DNA from: a phage
Direction: 5' to 3' (one strand)
Length of the DNA: 64,000 bases
Sequence record: PZ452583.1
In this document: piece by piece, positions 19,902 through 29,671 of the stretch
Layout: every line of letters begins with the position of its first letter
How positions within the stretch are numbered: the stretch's first letter is position 1
Position numbers and translations under genes: made by a program
The notes under the pieces: model-generated
Database searches by the model: none
Told to the model about the DNA's origin: nothing
Seen by the model: the letters and a program-made list of their open reading frames with translations, nothing else

Positions 19902-20072
19902 TTAATTTCGCAATTTATTAAGTTCTTCATCATCAATCCAGGATTCTAGTCCTGATGGCAGGTCACATTCAATTTCCCAAAGAAGTTCTTCAATTTTCTG
20001 AAGACGATCTAGTTCTTCGGCTGGAATAGTAACCATTGACGGAGCTCGTGATACATTAATATCGTAAATCAT
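19902..20072 (-). CDS. Hypothetical small acidic protein (56 aa), below ORF-track threshold
   Basis: Reverse-complement reading gives ATG...MIYDINVSRAPSMVTIPAEELDRLQKIEELLWEIECDLPSGLESWIDDEELNKLRN-stop, filling an otherwise empty gap. Confidence 0.3.
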   Translation of the reverse strand: MIYDINVSRAPSMVTIPAEELDRLQKIEELLWEIECDLPSGLESWIDDEELNKLRN

Positions 20073-20074
20073 AT

Positions 20075-20290
20075 TTACCCCAATTTAACCATACAATCGC
20101 CGTATTTCCACTTAGAAATAGACTTTTCACCATTAGAATAATAAACTTCGAGTTTAGCACGATTATTTTTAATTTGAATAACCTTGGCTGTCATCAAAGT
20201 TCCATACCCATAATAAACTGCAACTTCATCACCTACATATACCGCGCTTCCGCGGTAATCATGAATATAGTCATTTCCTTCGAGCATCAT
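20075..20290 (-). CDS. Hypothetical protein
   Basis: ORF track 71 aa. Confidence 0.5.
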   Translation of the reverse strand: MMLEGNDYIHDYRGSAVYVGDEVAVYYGYGTLMTAKVIQIKNNRAKLEVYYSNGEKSISKWKYGDCMVKLG

Positions 20291-20550
20291 TTAAAATATT
20301 CTCGCAGCTGGTCAAATCCACCAATATGACTTCCATCAGGAGCAAATACCTGGGGCATTGTCAAGCCGATTTGAGTATCACGACCTAGTTTAGTCAGAAG
20401 CTCAGCGATTTTCTCATCATCAAAAACACCTTTTTCCGGCATAATGTTGATAAATTCAAACGGCTGTTTCTTCACGGTCAAAAGACGTTTTGCATTATCG
20501 CAATACACACATTTATGAATGTTGCTATCATAACCATATACTTTAAACAT
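20287..20550 (-). CDS. nrdC: Thioredoxin/glutaredoxin NrdC
   Basis: ORF track 87 aa; sequence MFKVYGYDSNIHKCVYCDNAKRLL with CVYC active site matches T4 thioredoxin as recalled. Confidence 0.92.
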   Translation of the reverse strand: MFKVYGYDSNIHKCVYCDNAKRLLTVKKQPFEFINIMPEKGVFDDEKIAELLTKLGRDTQIGLTMPQVFAPDGSHIGGFDQLREYFK

Positions 20551-20551
20551 A

Positions 20552-20794
20552 TTATTCCTTAATTCCTAGTACTTGTTTAAAAGTCTCGTCGTAATCAAGA
20601 CTTTGGCCCGTTTGTTCTTTATGTTTGTATATAATATCACTTACTTCTGATAGCATATTTTTATATGAACGAGTTAAAGCAGATTTAAGCACGCTGTATC
20701 TATCAGGAAATTTACCATGTTCATTATAATAAGCTATTGCTAATTCACGGACTGCCTTTTCAGCAGCCTCCATATATTCTTTACGCTTGGTCAT
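20552..20794 (-). CDS. Hypothetical protein (T4 nrdC.1 position)
   Basis: ORF track 80 aa. Confidence 0.55.
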   Translation of the reverse strand: MTKRKEYMEAAEKAVRELAIAYYNEHGKFPDRYSVLKSALTRSYKNMLSEVSDIIYKHKEQTGQSLDYDETFKQVLGIKE

Positions 20795-20796
20795 TT

Positions 20797-21186
20797 TTAA
20801 TCCAAAATATTATTAGGCATTGGTTGAACACTCACAAGTTCTTTAAAGAACTCAGTAGAGTCAGGCAATTTAACCATTTCCGGAGCATGCTTACTGAATT
20901 TATGTTTACATTGACGGCATTTATATTCAAGCTCTGGTTTACGCCAGTTAATCAATTGAACTTGTTCAGTACCGCATTCAGGGCAATTAGGAACGTTTTT
21001 AGAAGCTCTTTCACGTCGTTCAACCATAGCCATAATAGCATCCCATGCTGGAGGTTTAAAATCTAAATCGTCGCAGCCGTGAATCTTTCCACGCATTTCC
21101 ATATCATCTTCCTCACCAGCCATAATAATTTTAATTAAACTAGAATTACTTGAAGCTGCAATGTCTTCTAATAAACGCTTTTTCAT
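20797..21186 (-). CDS. Hypothetical zinc-ribbon protein
   Basis: ORF track 129 aa; CPECG...x17...CRQC motif. Confidence 0.55.
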   Translation of the reverse strand: MKKRLLEDIAASSNSSLIKIIMAGEEDDMEMRGKIHGCDDLDFKPPAWDAIMAMVERRERASKNVPNCPECGTEQVQLINWRKPELEYKCRQCKHKFSKHAPEMVKLPDSTEFFKELVSVQPMPNNILD

Positions 21187-22112
21187 TTCAATACCTCAAT
21201 AGCATTACGTAAACCATTTGCTTTTGCATTAAGAGCTTTTAACAATTTGGTGTGTTCTGCAATTTGGGCTTCAACTTCAATCAAACGGGCATTGAGATAT
21301 TCACGTTCTTCACTCAGATTATCAACCTTTTCTACTTTAGGCTCTTTTACAACTGTCTTATATGTATTAGGGTTCTTCAGTTTAATTAGAATGCGTGAAC
21401 TGTATAACATTGAACCATTATCTTCGGTTTCGTCATACATTTCCACTACGTCCATAATTTTTAACATCATGCGGAGTTTATAAGACAACGAACGAATAGT
21501 TTTGTTGTGCTTATTAATTTCTTTAGCTGTCATGGTGCCAAGATTACGTGAGTAATAATAAGGAACCTGGATATTAATTAATACTGATGAACCACCTGGC
21601 TTGTGTGTTACTTCATCAGCAATAACCCAGTCCTTAACATGAACTGTATTTGTACGGTCATCGCCCGCGGTAAATAGTTTGCGAGCATGCTTAAAAAGCA
21701 TATTCACTTGGTCATTGAATTGACAAGCAAATTTATCAGCAAATTTAGTTTCAGGAATGGTAGAAAACCAATCAGCCAAATGAGTCTTTTTAACATCATT
21801 AACAATAGTAAATTCAACCAAATCGGTTATAGATGTCTCAGATTTAATGAAGCTCGGCTTCATAAAGTTTTTAATGTTCTCATGAGCTACAGTAGAAGAT
21901 AACATACGAGAACGTTTAAACCATTCAAGCAAATTGCCTAACGAATGAGAATAAGCGTTTTGAGTATCTTTACAGATATGATTTTCCTGACCAACATATT
22001 GAAGGAAATCACGAAGAATATTATTGATTACTGCTCTGTGCCCGATCTGATAATTACGGTGTTTAGTAATAAGACTGTCAAAATAATCAATATAATGTTT
22101 ACGAGTTTTCAT
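21183..22112 (-). CDS. Hypothetical protein with C-terminal coiled coil
   Basis: ORF track 309 aa; C-terminal heptad-like [39 protein letters not shown]. Confidence 0.6.
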   Translation of the reverse strand: MKTRKHYIDYFDSLITKHRNYQIGHRAVINNILRDFLQYVGQENHICKDTQNAYSHSLGNLLEWFKRSRMLSSTVAHENIKNFMKPSFIKSETSITDLVEFTIVNDVKKTHLADWFSTIPETKFADKFACQFNDQVNMLFKHARKLFTAGDDRTNTVHVKDWVIADEVTHKPGGSSVLINIQVPYYYSRNLGTMTAKEINKHNKTIRSLSYKLRMMLKIMDVVEMYDETEDNGSMLYSSRILIKLKNPNTYKTVVKEPKVEKVDNLSEEREYLNARLIEVEAQIAEHTKLLKALNAKANGLRNAIEVLK

Positions 22113-22164
22113 ATTCTTCTCACTTGGTTAATGGTTTATACTCCGAGCCATCCTTGGCTTTAAA

Positions 22165-23166
22165 TTACTTAATTAACTGTAAAGCTTGTTCAAGACGATC
22201 AAGACGATTAACAGATTCTTCCCAAATCCTTTTAGCCTGCTCATATTCTTTCTGCGCTTTATTAGAAATTTCTAGAACTTCTTTATAAGCTTTTTCTAGT
22301 GCAATAACTTCTGGACGAATTTCTACCGGTTCAGGTGAATCGTCAAGATTATCCATTAGTTCCTCAAGGGTAGTTTCTTCTTTAGAAGTATTCACAATTT
22401 CCTCACATTTTTGTTGATAAATTTCTTTATCAGTAGGTGAATAAGCACATTTCACTTCACGAAGACTAATTACAATTTTATATCCTTCCCATCCGCATAT
22501 ATTCTTAAAAGGATATGTATGAATATTTTCTACTGTTTCCATACAAAGTAGTGCAGTCTCTAATTGTCGAGTTATATCACTAGCAATTGAGAAAAATTTA
22601 TTAATATTCTTTTGGTTAGCGTTTGGTGTAAAAAATCCATAATTCACAAAAATAGCTACTTTATTTTCATCAAGCTCATATTCTTTTACGATAATCATAT
22701 CAGAAGCCAAAGGATGAATTTGACGATAATCGCCATAACATAATTTAGAAGCTGATTTTAGAATTTGTCCTTTGAAAAGTCTGAAATTACTAATCCAACG
22801 ACGAGTAAAAATATTCTCAGGGTCTTCTTTATTATTAAGATGATAAGAATTAACATCACCGAACCAATTATATCCTACTACATCTTTAGTTCGTTTAATT
22901 TCTTTCCCAAATTTACTAAGAATATCTCTGTTGACTAAGTATGAAAGAAGACGAGACCCTTTAAAGGTTTTCTTAATGTCATCTTTATCTGTACGACTAG
23001 AAATTTCACGAACTTCATGAATAAATTTGCCGGAAGAAACAATACTTGCATTAGTATTATTGAGCCATTGATTGATAATAGAAATCACACTATTCTTACT
23101 AGACATAGGTTTAACTTTATCATCAATAACGCTGTTGAACGATTTAATATATTCGTTGCGAGTCAT
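22165..23166 (-). CDS. Hypothetical protein with C-terminal coiled coil
   Basis: Track ORF 22165..23217; supported start ATG 23166..23164 (MTRNEYIKSF) after GAGGAG, with an early-promoter-like element upstream. Confidence 0.6.
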   Translation of the reverse strand: MTRNEYIKSFNSVIDDKVKPMSSKNSVISIINQWLNNTNASIVSSGKFIHEVREISSRTDKDDIKKTFKGSRLLSYLVNRDILSKFGKEIKRTKDVVGYNWFGDVNSYHLNNKEDPENIFTRRWISNFRLFKGQILKSASKLCYGDYRQIHPLASDMIIVKEYELDENKVAIFVNYGFFTPNANQKNINKFFSIASDITRQLETALLCMETVENIHTYPFKNICGWEGYKIVISLREVKCAYSPTDKEIYQQKCEEIVNTSKEETTLEELMDNLDDSPEPVEIRPEVIALEKAYKEVLEISNKAQKEYEQAKRIWEESVNRLDRLEQALQLIK

Positions 23167-23223
23167 ATTAATCTCCTCAGTAGAAAGTAAGAACATTATA
23201 CCACATCCTTGTGGCAAAGTAAA

Positions 23224-24228
23224 CTAGTTCAGTGCATTTAGTGCATTGTTCAATTTAGAACGTTGCTTCGTGAGATTTTTTACTTTTTCTTGAGCTTTTT
23301 CTAGCATCTTTTCAGCTTCTAACACTTCATTAGTTGCTTTAACGAGTTCATCATCTACTGCCTTAAGGGACTTCTCAATCGCATCCGCGTGCCATTTTTC
23401 AACAGGTTTAAGACTCGGATTTTCAACAGGAAGAAAATTCACTTTATTGAATTTCCATGCATCTTTATTACCTGAACTATACATCCAAAATTTAGGATCG
23501 TTTGATGAGTAATTAGTTTGGGGTTCAGGTTTTTTCTCTTGTGTAACTTCGTCCTTTCTCAAAAAATCATATTTAAATGAAACGATCATATCAAGTTCAT
23601 ATGTTGTCGTATCTAATTTAAATCGTTCGAAATGCTGCGAAATCTTAGATTGAACAGCATCAACAACATCCATATACTTAAATGCTTCTGTCAACTGTGA
23701 TTTAAGGCATTCACAAATTGAAAGAGAATTTTTTGTATTAGGTTTAAAGCTAATTCGTGCAGTTCTATTATTTTCTTTTAACGGTCTTACTTCCATCTGA
23801 AGAGTATAACCATCAAATTTCAGATTCTTTAAGTTAATATCAGAACCTTTTAATCGACTAGCCGTAGACAAAATTTGCTTTAATTGTTTACGGAATAGAG
23901 CAATAAATCTCCATTCAAGACGATAATGATTTGGATTAAAAAATCCTGTTGATAAATCAACCTTACTCTGACCAACGCCTTGAACAAATAGAGGATTTTT
24001 ATAATCAATAGTTTTACAGAAATCGGTGAGCTGCTCACGAGCAGTCATTTGAGTAATATACCCTGCTTCATTAAAATGACGTAACCATTCACTGCTATTC
24101 ATATACTTAAAGTGAATATCACGATTAACTTTATCAGGGTCTAAATTATTTTGGCACAAAAATGTCATAACATTACGGGTATAGCTGGCATTACGAACCA
24201 TATCTTCAATTTGAGAACGAGTTTTCAT
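23224..24228 (-). CDS. Hypothetical protein with C-terminal coiled coil
   Basis: ORF track 334 aa. Confidence 0.6.
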   Translation of the reverse strand: MKTRSQIEDMVRNASYTRNVMTFLCQNNLDPDKVNRDIHFKYMNSSEWLRHFNEAGYITQMTAREQLTDFCKTIDYKNPLFVQGVGQSKVDLSTGFFNPNHYRLEWRFIALFRKQLKQILSTASRLKGSDINLKNLKFDGYTLQMEVRPLKENNRTARISFKPNTKNSLSICECLKSQLTEAFKYMDVVDAVQSKISQHFERFKLDTTTYELDMIVSFKYDFLRKDEVTQEKKPEPQTNYSSNDPKFWMYSSGNKDAWKFNKVNFLPVENPSLKPVEKWHADAIEKSLKAVDDELVKATNEVLEAEKMLEKAQEKVKNLTKQRSKLNNALNALN

Positions 24229-24236
24229 AGTGTTCC

Positions 24237-25145
24237 TTAAGATTTAAGTAAATCAACAATTTTAATTAATTTTTCACGCTCAGATTTAGCTTTACTACTC
24301 AATCCAGATAGTCTGAAAATTTCATCGTCATACTGTTGAATAGAAATATTCAGCTCTTCAATTTGCTTATTAAAATAATCAATTTGTTCAGAATGTTTTT
24401 CGTTACTACGAACTGGTACAGGTTTTGTAGGAAATTTAGTTAAACTGGATTCATCCGGGCGATAAATTAAAATGCAATTTGAACCAATCGAGCATTTAGC
24501 ACCAGATGAATATTCTAACGTTCCAGCTTCTTTTAAAACTTCAAAAGCTAAACAGAGATGATGCCCCATATTAACATAATCAGTAGAGCGAGCTCTGATA
24601 TAATAATCATCGCCGCGAATACTAAATTTAAAGCATTTAAGGTCTTCTGTATTATTGGTCTTAAAAATCATTTGTTTATCTAGACCTTTAGCTAATCGAG
24701 CGCCTAATGCTAATAATCGTCGTTGATTTTCCCACAAATCTGCGATCATTTGGTCAAATGATAATTTCGGCATTAGTCGACCGTAAAGATCATAGCCTTT
24801 ATTATAATTGCGAAGAATTTCACTTGCATTAATACGAGACAATGCTCCAATTTTATTAAGGGCTTTCATAATGCGATTAGATAAACCCATTCCAGACCCG
24901 TTTGTTCGCTGTAAATGTTTTTCTAATCCAAATCCAATATCAACTTTAAACTTATCTAAAATTTCTGCATGAACATCTCTGTCAATAACATTCAAATCCA
25001 AAGTTGGGTTAAATCTATGAAAAAATTTATCTGGCTCTCCACGACGAAGTACAGTCCATTCATTCAATTTTTTATTAACTAAAGATTTAATTACTGCATT
25101 GACATTATTAATTACTACTGACATATTTTCCTCACTCAATTTCAA
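24237..25145 (-). CDS. Hypothetical protein with C-terminal coiled coil
   Basis: ORF track 302 aa. Confidence 0.6.
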   Translation of the reverse strand: MKLSEENMSVVINNVNAVIKSLVNKKLNEWTVLRRGEPDKFFHRFNPTLDLNVIDRDVHAEILDKFKVDIGFGLEKHLQRTNGSGMGLSNRIMKALNKIGALSRINASEILRNYNKGYDLYGRLMPKLSFDQMIADLWENQRRLLALGARLAKGLDKQMIFKTNNTEDLKCFKFSIRGDDYYIRARSTDYVNMGHHLCLAFEVLKEAGTLEYSSGAKCSIGSNCILIYRPDESSLTKFPTKPVPVRSNEKHSEQIDYFNKQIEELNISIQQYDDEIFRLSGLSSKAKSEREKLIKIVDLLKS

Positions 25146-25539
25146 TTTTACTAAATACGCAGAATATGATGGAAAAGACTATATAAGCACCGCATACAGA
25201 TTGAACTAATACCATTCCAAAGAACCAAACAATATTATCAAACAATGTCTGTTTTACGTCGAAAGGACGTAAACTTACAGTAATATTATCGCCTTTTTCT
25301 ATTGATGAATACATCTCTGGGGAAATATATTCGCTAAATCTATAACCGTCTTTGAGTTCATATACGGCAATAAACGATAAACTAGACCCCTTTCCTTGAG
25401 TTCCTGTAAGGGTATTAACTACAGTAACATCATAATCTTTATAATGCATATAATCATTAATTGCGTAATAACCATATGCAACTACTACGCATAAACAACA
25501 TATCAATAAATTCAATCTTTTAATTATCAACTGTTTCAT
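25132..25539 (-). CDS. Hypothetical membrane protein
   Basis: ORF track 135 aa; hydrophobic N- and C-terminal segments. Confidence 0.55.
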   Translation of the reverse strand: MKQLIIKRLNLLICCLCVVVAYGYYAINDYMHYKDYDVTVVNTLTGTQGKGSSLSFIAVYELKDGYRFSEYISPEMYSSIEKGDNITVSLRPFDVKQTLFDNIVWFFGMVLVQSVCGAYIVFSIIFCVFSKIEIE

Positions 25540-25594
25540 AATAATCTCAATTAAAAGGGCTTAGAACCATTATACCATCCTTGGTATAAAGCGG

Positions 25595-26122
25595 TTATGC
25601 GAGTACCGTCTTTAACCGTTCTTCAAACTTCCGAAGAGTATTCTGGCGTTCAGCTCTTTGCTTTTTGTAAGTTTCAATACGCTCTGAAATGAGAGTGTAT
25701 CGTTCATTTACTGATTCTTTCATAAAATCAGGAATTTCACGAGAAGCTTTAATCTCGTCAAATTTATCAATAACAGCTTGCTCTTCAGCAATTAAGTTAT
25801 CATACATCAAAATATCTTTCTTGATGAACTCAATATCTTCTTGAGTTACACGAGATAATTTAGATGCTTTATCCTTTTTGTACTGTTCGTTAGTATCACG
25901 AGACCAGTGTAATGTACGATTTTTATTCGTATTCTTGTAAATTTCTACAATACCAATCTCATCGATAATAACGATCCAATTCCAACGGGATTTGTAAATT
26001 TGTCCTCCATCAACCGTGATTTCACCACCGATTGAGACATCATTAAAGAACTTGCTTTGAGCTTCAGATTTAAATTTACCATCATTGTAGTTTACCAAGT
26101 TGAAAATATCTTTAGCATTCAT
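25595..26122 (-). CDS. Hypothetical protein
   Basis: Track ORF 25595..26182 reads through a promoter; supported start ATG 26122..26120 (MNAKDIF) after GGAGG. Confidence 0.55.
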   Translation of the reverse strand: MNAKDIFNLVNYNDGKFKSEAQSKFFNDVSIGGEITVDGGQIYKSRWNWIVIIDEIGIVEIYKNTNKNRTLHWSRDTNEQYKKDKASKLSRVTQEDIEFIKKDILMYDNLIAEEQAVIDKFDEIKASREIPDFMKESVNERYTLISERIETYKKQRAERQNTLRKFEERLKTVLA

Positions 26123-26150
26123 TTTCTGTTCCTCCGTAGTTGATAGTTGT

Positions 26151-26180
26151 ATAATACCACAGAGGAACAGTCTTGTAAAC
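26151..26180 (-). promoter_or_regulatory. T4 early-promoter-like element
   Basis: Minus strand GTTTACAAGACTGTTCCTCTGTGGTATTAT then GGAGG and ATG at 26122. Confidence 0.45.
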
Positions 26181-26182
26181 AA

Positions 26183-26497
26183 CTAAAAGAAACTTCTTTC
26201 ACAATTTTTTCCACTGAACCAAGCGCTCACTGCTTTCTTAGTCTCAGGAGCAGTGTTATCCATAAACCATTCAAAGGCAGCCTTTTTATGATTCTGGAGG
26301 GCTTCTCGGGCTTTAATCTGCTCACGGTCTATTAACACTAACATATGAGCCTTTCTTGTCACCAAGGGCTTCTTATGATTTTTTGAATACTCCCAATCAT
26401 TTGTCCAACGCATTGTCGTTGCGAACTGATGAACCGCGTCTTTAATTTTAGTTTCATAAATTTCACGAGCTTTTGAGTATAACATCTTTACCTCCAT
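26183..26497 (-). CDS. Hypothetical protein
   Basis: ORF track 104 aa. Confidence 0.55.
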   Translation of the reverse strand: MEVKMLYSKAREIYETKIKDAVHQFATTMRWTNDWEYSKNHKKPLVTRKAHMLVLIDREQIKAREALQNHKKAAFEWFMDNTAPETKKAVSAWFSGKNCERSFF

Positions 26498-26586
26498 TTA
26501 CTAGTTTAATTCTAGTCATCTTTTTAATGGCAGTCCATATAATCTATTTCTGAACTGCCTTTTTGTCTTAGAAGTCCTCTTATGAA

Positions 26587-27555
26587 TTATTTCAGAAGAG
26601 TAACCTCAGCGATTTCTTCCCAACCGTTTTTGTCGGTCATAATAAAGTCAGCAAGATAAAGCGCAGTACGCAGTGAAACATTGCGTAAACGATTAACATT
26701 GACTTTCATCCATGATAATGCTTTATAAGTTTCTTCATCAGAAAGACCGCGCTTTTGCATCATGTCAGTTGAAAGAATAACATCTTCAACCCTGACCATA
26801 ATTTCTTCATTAGTGTGAACACCCAAATCCAAATAAACTGAGCGGGACACTAATGCTTGTAAATGTGGAGCAAGTTTAGTACCACGGTCTAATTCGCGGT
26901 CAATGTCAACGTTTGTGATAAAAACAATCGTTCCTTTAAATTCAAACTCACGCTCAATGCCTTTTTCTTCTAAGTAAGAAGATGCGGTGCTCCAGCAGAC
27001 TTTACGGGTCTCTCCGGTGTCCAGAGCAGCTTTCAGAAGATTAAGAATGTCCATATCAGAGAAAACATCCACATCATCAATCAAAAGGACAGAATTCTCT
27101 TCACGATTATTCCAAAGCTGTTCATAAAGACCGATACCAGAGATTTTACCATTAATGCTTTTATATTCAATGTATCCAATATCATTTGCTTTATTTAAAG
27201 CTTTATCTAAAGAATATGTTTTACCTATACCTGCCGCGCCAGAGATAATTAATGAACGAATATTTCCATTAATAATACCATTCGTCATCATTCCCATAAC
27301 ATTAAATCTTTTATTAATGCGGGTTTTCATATCTTCATATGATTCTTTAACTTCTTCAACTTTTACACCATCATATGAAATGTCTGATTTGTAAACCCAA
27401 ACACCGCGACGTTTACCATCAATTTCAACAAAAACTTTACCATCTCCTTGTGCATCTACCGGAGCATTATCTGGGAACCATTCACCTAAGAGCTCAAAAG
27501 TTCCAGAGATTTCTTTACCGAAGTAGATACCCTTATTGATAGTTACAGTTTTCAT
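26587..27555 (-). CDS. Predicted P-loop ATPase (AAA-like)
   Basis: Track ORF 26587..27621; supported start ATG 27555..27553 (MKTVTINKG) after GGAGAA; Walker A GAAGIGKT, Walker B-like LLIDDVD. Confidence 0.65.
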   Translation of the reverse strand: MKTVTINKGIYFGKEISGTFELLGEWFPDNAPVDAQGDGKVFVEIDGKRRGVWVYKSDISYDGVKVEEVKESYEDMKTRINKRFNVMGMMTNGIINGNIRSLIISGAAGIGKTYSLDKALNKANDIGYIEYKSINGKISGIGLYEQLWNNREENSVLLIDDVDVFSDMDILNLLKAALDTGETRKVCWSTASSYLEEKGIEREFEFKGTIVFITNVDIDRELDRGTKLAPHLQALVSRSVYLDLGVHTNEEIMVRVEDVILSTDMMQKRGLSDEETYKALSWMKVNVNRLRNVSLRTALYLADFIMTDKNGWEEIAEVTLLK

Positions 27556-27589
27556 TTTATTCTCCAAATCCGTATCAGTTGATAGTTGT

Positions 27590-27619
27590 ATAGTACCATA
27601 AAGCTTTATGCTTGTAAAC
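27590..27619 (-). promoter_or_regulatory. T4 early-promoter-like element
   Basis: Minus strand GTTTAC, 18-nt spacer, TACTAT, upstream of the ATPase gene start. Confidence 0.45.
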
Positions 27620-27640
27620 AACTTTGTGAAAAATTTTTGA

Positions 27641-27667
27641 AATAAAAAAGGGAGCCCGAAGGCTCCC
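27641..27667 (-). terminator. Intrinsic terminator (C(UUCG)G-type hairpin plus U-tract)
   Basis: Minus strand GGGAGCCUUCGGGCUCCC followed by UUUUUUAUUU, just downstream of the 27670..28683 gene. Confidence 0.6.
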
Positions 27668-27669
27668 TA

Positions 27670-28683
27670 TCATTTATAATAACTTCGATGGTTTTCAAGA
27701 TAGACCTTCTCAAGGAAGTCATCCCAGAAACCCATGTCTACTGTTTTAGGCATACCATTCTTAGAAGCGTCAGTAGATGCTGCTTCTACTTGATCGACCA
27801 CATCTTCCAAAAACTCTTGAACTGTTTTAAATGGATGTTTACCCAACTTCACGTCGAGAATAAATGGAGCATCTTGGAGTGGATAAACCAAGTCACCAGT
27901 TTTGTAAATTTCCAATAGTTGAAGTCCACCACGACAAGCATGACTCAGAGCTTTCCAGTCAATACCTTCATTGGCTTCGGCCTTACGAGCACGTTCACCA
28001 TATTCAGCATCTAATTTGTTCAGTGACTGCTTAAGCTCAATAAGAGAAAGCGTTGTCTGATATTTACGACCCAACACAGTGTAGAACGTTTGTGGGCCTG
28101 TTTTCTCATGATTATGGAACACCCATTCACAGAATTCGTTTTCTGGAAGACGATGCTTAATATCTTCAACTTTAGTGCGACGCTGCTTAATGGAACCGTC
28201 TTCTTGGTAATCAACCCATTGCTCAGGGATTTGATTAACTACTTTCAATACATCACGTAATGCAGCCAAACGAGAACCCTTGACACCGTATTTAGAAGCT
28301 TGCTTGCGGACATATCCTAAATATGATTTCATGTTAGTCGTATAAAAACGAGAACGGTTGTCTTGAATAAACTTCCACACATCAGGCAAATCTGATTTAA
28401 CTACTAGTTCAGGTGGAGTGTGAAGCATATCTAATGCTACGGTTTCACCATCTGCTGCTAATTTAAAGAAATATTTAAGACTGTATAGTTCATGGTCAAT
28501 ATCATCTTTAGTGTTTTTAGATGATGTGTTGTTAGTGTTTTTACTCATGTGCTCTTTGACATTTCCGATAAGAATATCGCGAGCAGGAGGAACAAAGATT
28601 TCTTTAAAATCTACATCAGATTCTGGGGTAGAAGTTCCATAAAGATGACTACCAAAATAGCTTTTCATTACTGTTTTCATCAT
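27670..28683 (-). CDS. Predicted nucleotidyltransferase-fold protein
   Basis: ORF track 337 aa; N-terminal GS-x10-DVD pattern (YFGSHLYGTSTPESDVDF) typical of Pol-beta-type nucleotidyltransferases. Confidence 0.55.
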   Translation of the reverse strand: MMKTVMKSYFGSHLYGTSTPESDVDFKEIFVPPARDILIGNVKEHMSKNTNNTSSKNTKDDIDHELYSLKYFFKLAADGETVALDMLHTPPELVVKSDLPDVWKFIQDNRSRFYTTNMKSYLGYVRKQASKYGVKGSRLAALRDVLKVVNQIPEQWVDYQEDGSIKQRRTKVEDIKHRLPENEFCEWVFHNHEKTGPQTFYTVLGRKYQTTLSLIELKQSLNKLDAEYGERARKAEANEGIDWKALSHACRGGLQLLEIYKTGDLVYPLQDAPFILDVKLGKHPFKTVQEFLEDVVDQVEAASTDASKNGMPKTVDMGFWDDFLEKVYLENHRSYYK

Positions 28684-29141
28684 TCAGCCTTATATTCAAT
28701 AACAGGACATACTTTAGCTTTACGAGCTTTTAAAAATTCAACGATAACCGATTTCTTGGGTTGAATAGGAGGTAAACCTTTATACGCCCTATCAATATTT
28801 TCTACGTGTAAAGCATAATCCTTTTTCCATTTATAATCTTTATATTTTTCACGCAAATGTGCAGGAATAACAAATGAACCGATAATAAGTAAAACAACCA
28901 AAAGCGCAAGTATAAATGCTGATGGAAGCAAAGTCCATAAACTACCAAAAATAAGCCAACGTTGTAGGCTTTCTGCACAAATAATTGTTAGCCCTACGAG
29001 TATAGCACATCCAAAAATAGAAACGAAAAATGTAGGAATGGCAATAGACCAAAAATATGCGCATAGTGTCTTAGGTCGTTGCCATTCATCGTTAAACAAT
29101 TTGAATAATTTATAGTGCCAAGAGTTTTCATTAATAATCAT
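28680..29141 (-). CDS. Hypothetical membrane protein
   Basis: ORF track 153 aa; multiple hydrophobic segments. Confidence 0.55.
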   Translation of the reverse strand: MIINENSWHYKLFKLFNDEWQRPKTLCAYFWSIAIPTFFVSIFGCAILVGLTIICAESLQRWLIFGSLWTLLPSAFILALLVVLLIIGSFVIPAHLREKYKDYKWKKDYALHVENIDRAYKGLPPIQPKKSVIVEFLKARKAKVCPVIEYKAE

Positions 29142-29143
29142 AA

Positions 29144-29665
29144 TTATCCTCTCATTGAAGGCGTAACAGTTGTTAAATACTTAATCATAGCTTCAGCTTC
29201 TGATTTTGATAATGAAATTTCTCCATTGTTTTGACGAATAGAAATAAAATCCGGATGACGGTCACCACCAGCTTTTAAAACACACATATAAGTATCAACT
29301 TCATCTTCAATATTTGAAATGATTGAAGCAGTTCCACATGAATGCGGTTTTTGATAAATCAATGCAGCTTTTCTTCCGCCATTTGACTGTTCATAAACTT
29401 TTAATACATCAAACAAATCACTTCTTTTATCAATAGCTAAAATGTTATTTTCATCTTCAATGTTAAATCCTTCGGATACTTCATAAAGTGTCACCCATAA
29501 ATCGCCAATATCAATAACAGCGTTCACTTTTCCATGACTTTCAAGAGCATGACAAATTTTCTTGATTTCGTCATAACTCATTTTAATAATATCATCTCCT
29601 TGAATAAGAAAGATGTCATTTTTAAATTCAACACGAATTAAACCACTTCCACTTGAAATAAACAT
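29144..29665 (-). CDS. Hypothetical protein (paralog-like to 29672..30226)
   Basis: ORF track 173 aa; C-terminus EAEAMIKYLTTVTPSM resembles the neighbour's EAIALKTYLDSVIPTM. Confidence 0.55.
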   Translation of the reverse strand: MFISSGSGLIRVEFKNDIFLIQGDDIIKMSYDEIKKICHALESHGKVNAVIDIGDLWVTLYEVSEGFNIEDENNILAIDKRSDLFDVLKVYEQSNGGRKAALIYQKPHSCGTASIISNIEDEVDTYMCVLKAGGDRHPDFISIRQNNGEISLSKSEAEAMIKYLTTVTPSMRG

Positions 29666-29671
29666 ATTTCC

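Noticed and set aside
10583-28214. Overlapping alternative-frame ORFs 10583..10804, 16060..16284, 28020..28214, 33299..33484, 37165..37380, 37828..38010, 8491..8754
   Set aside because: Each is nested out of frame within a larger, better-supported same-strand gene (a-gt, nrdG, NTase-fold gene, Cys-rich gene, P-loop gene, IP-like gene, gene 46).
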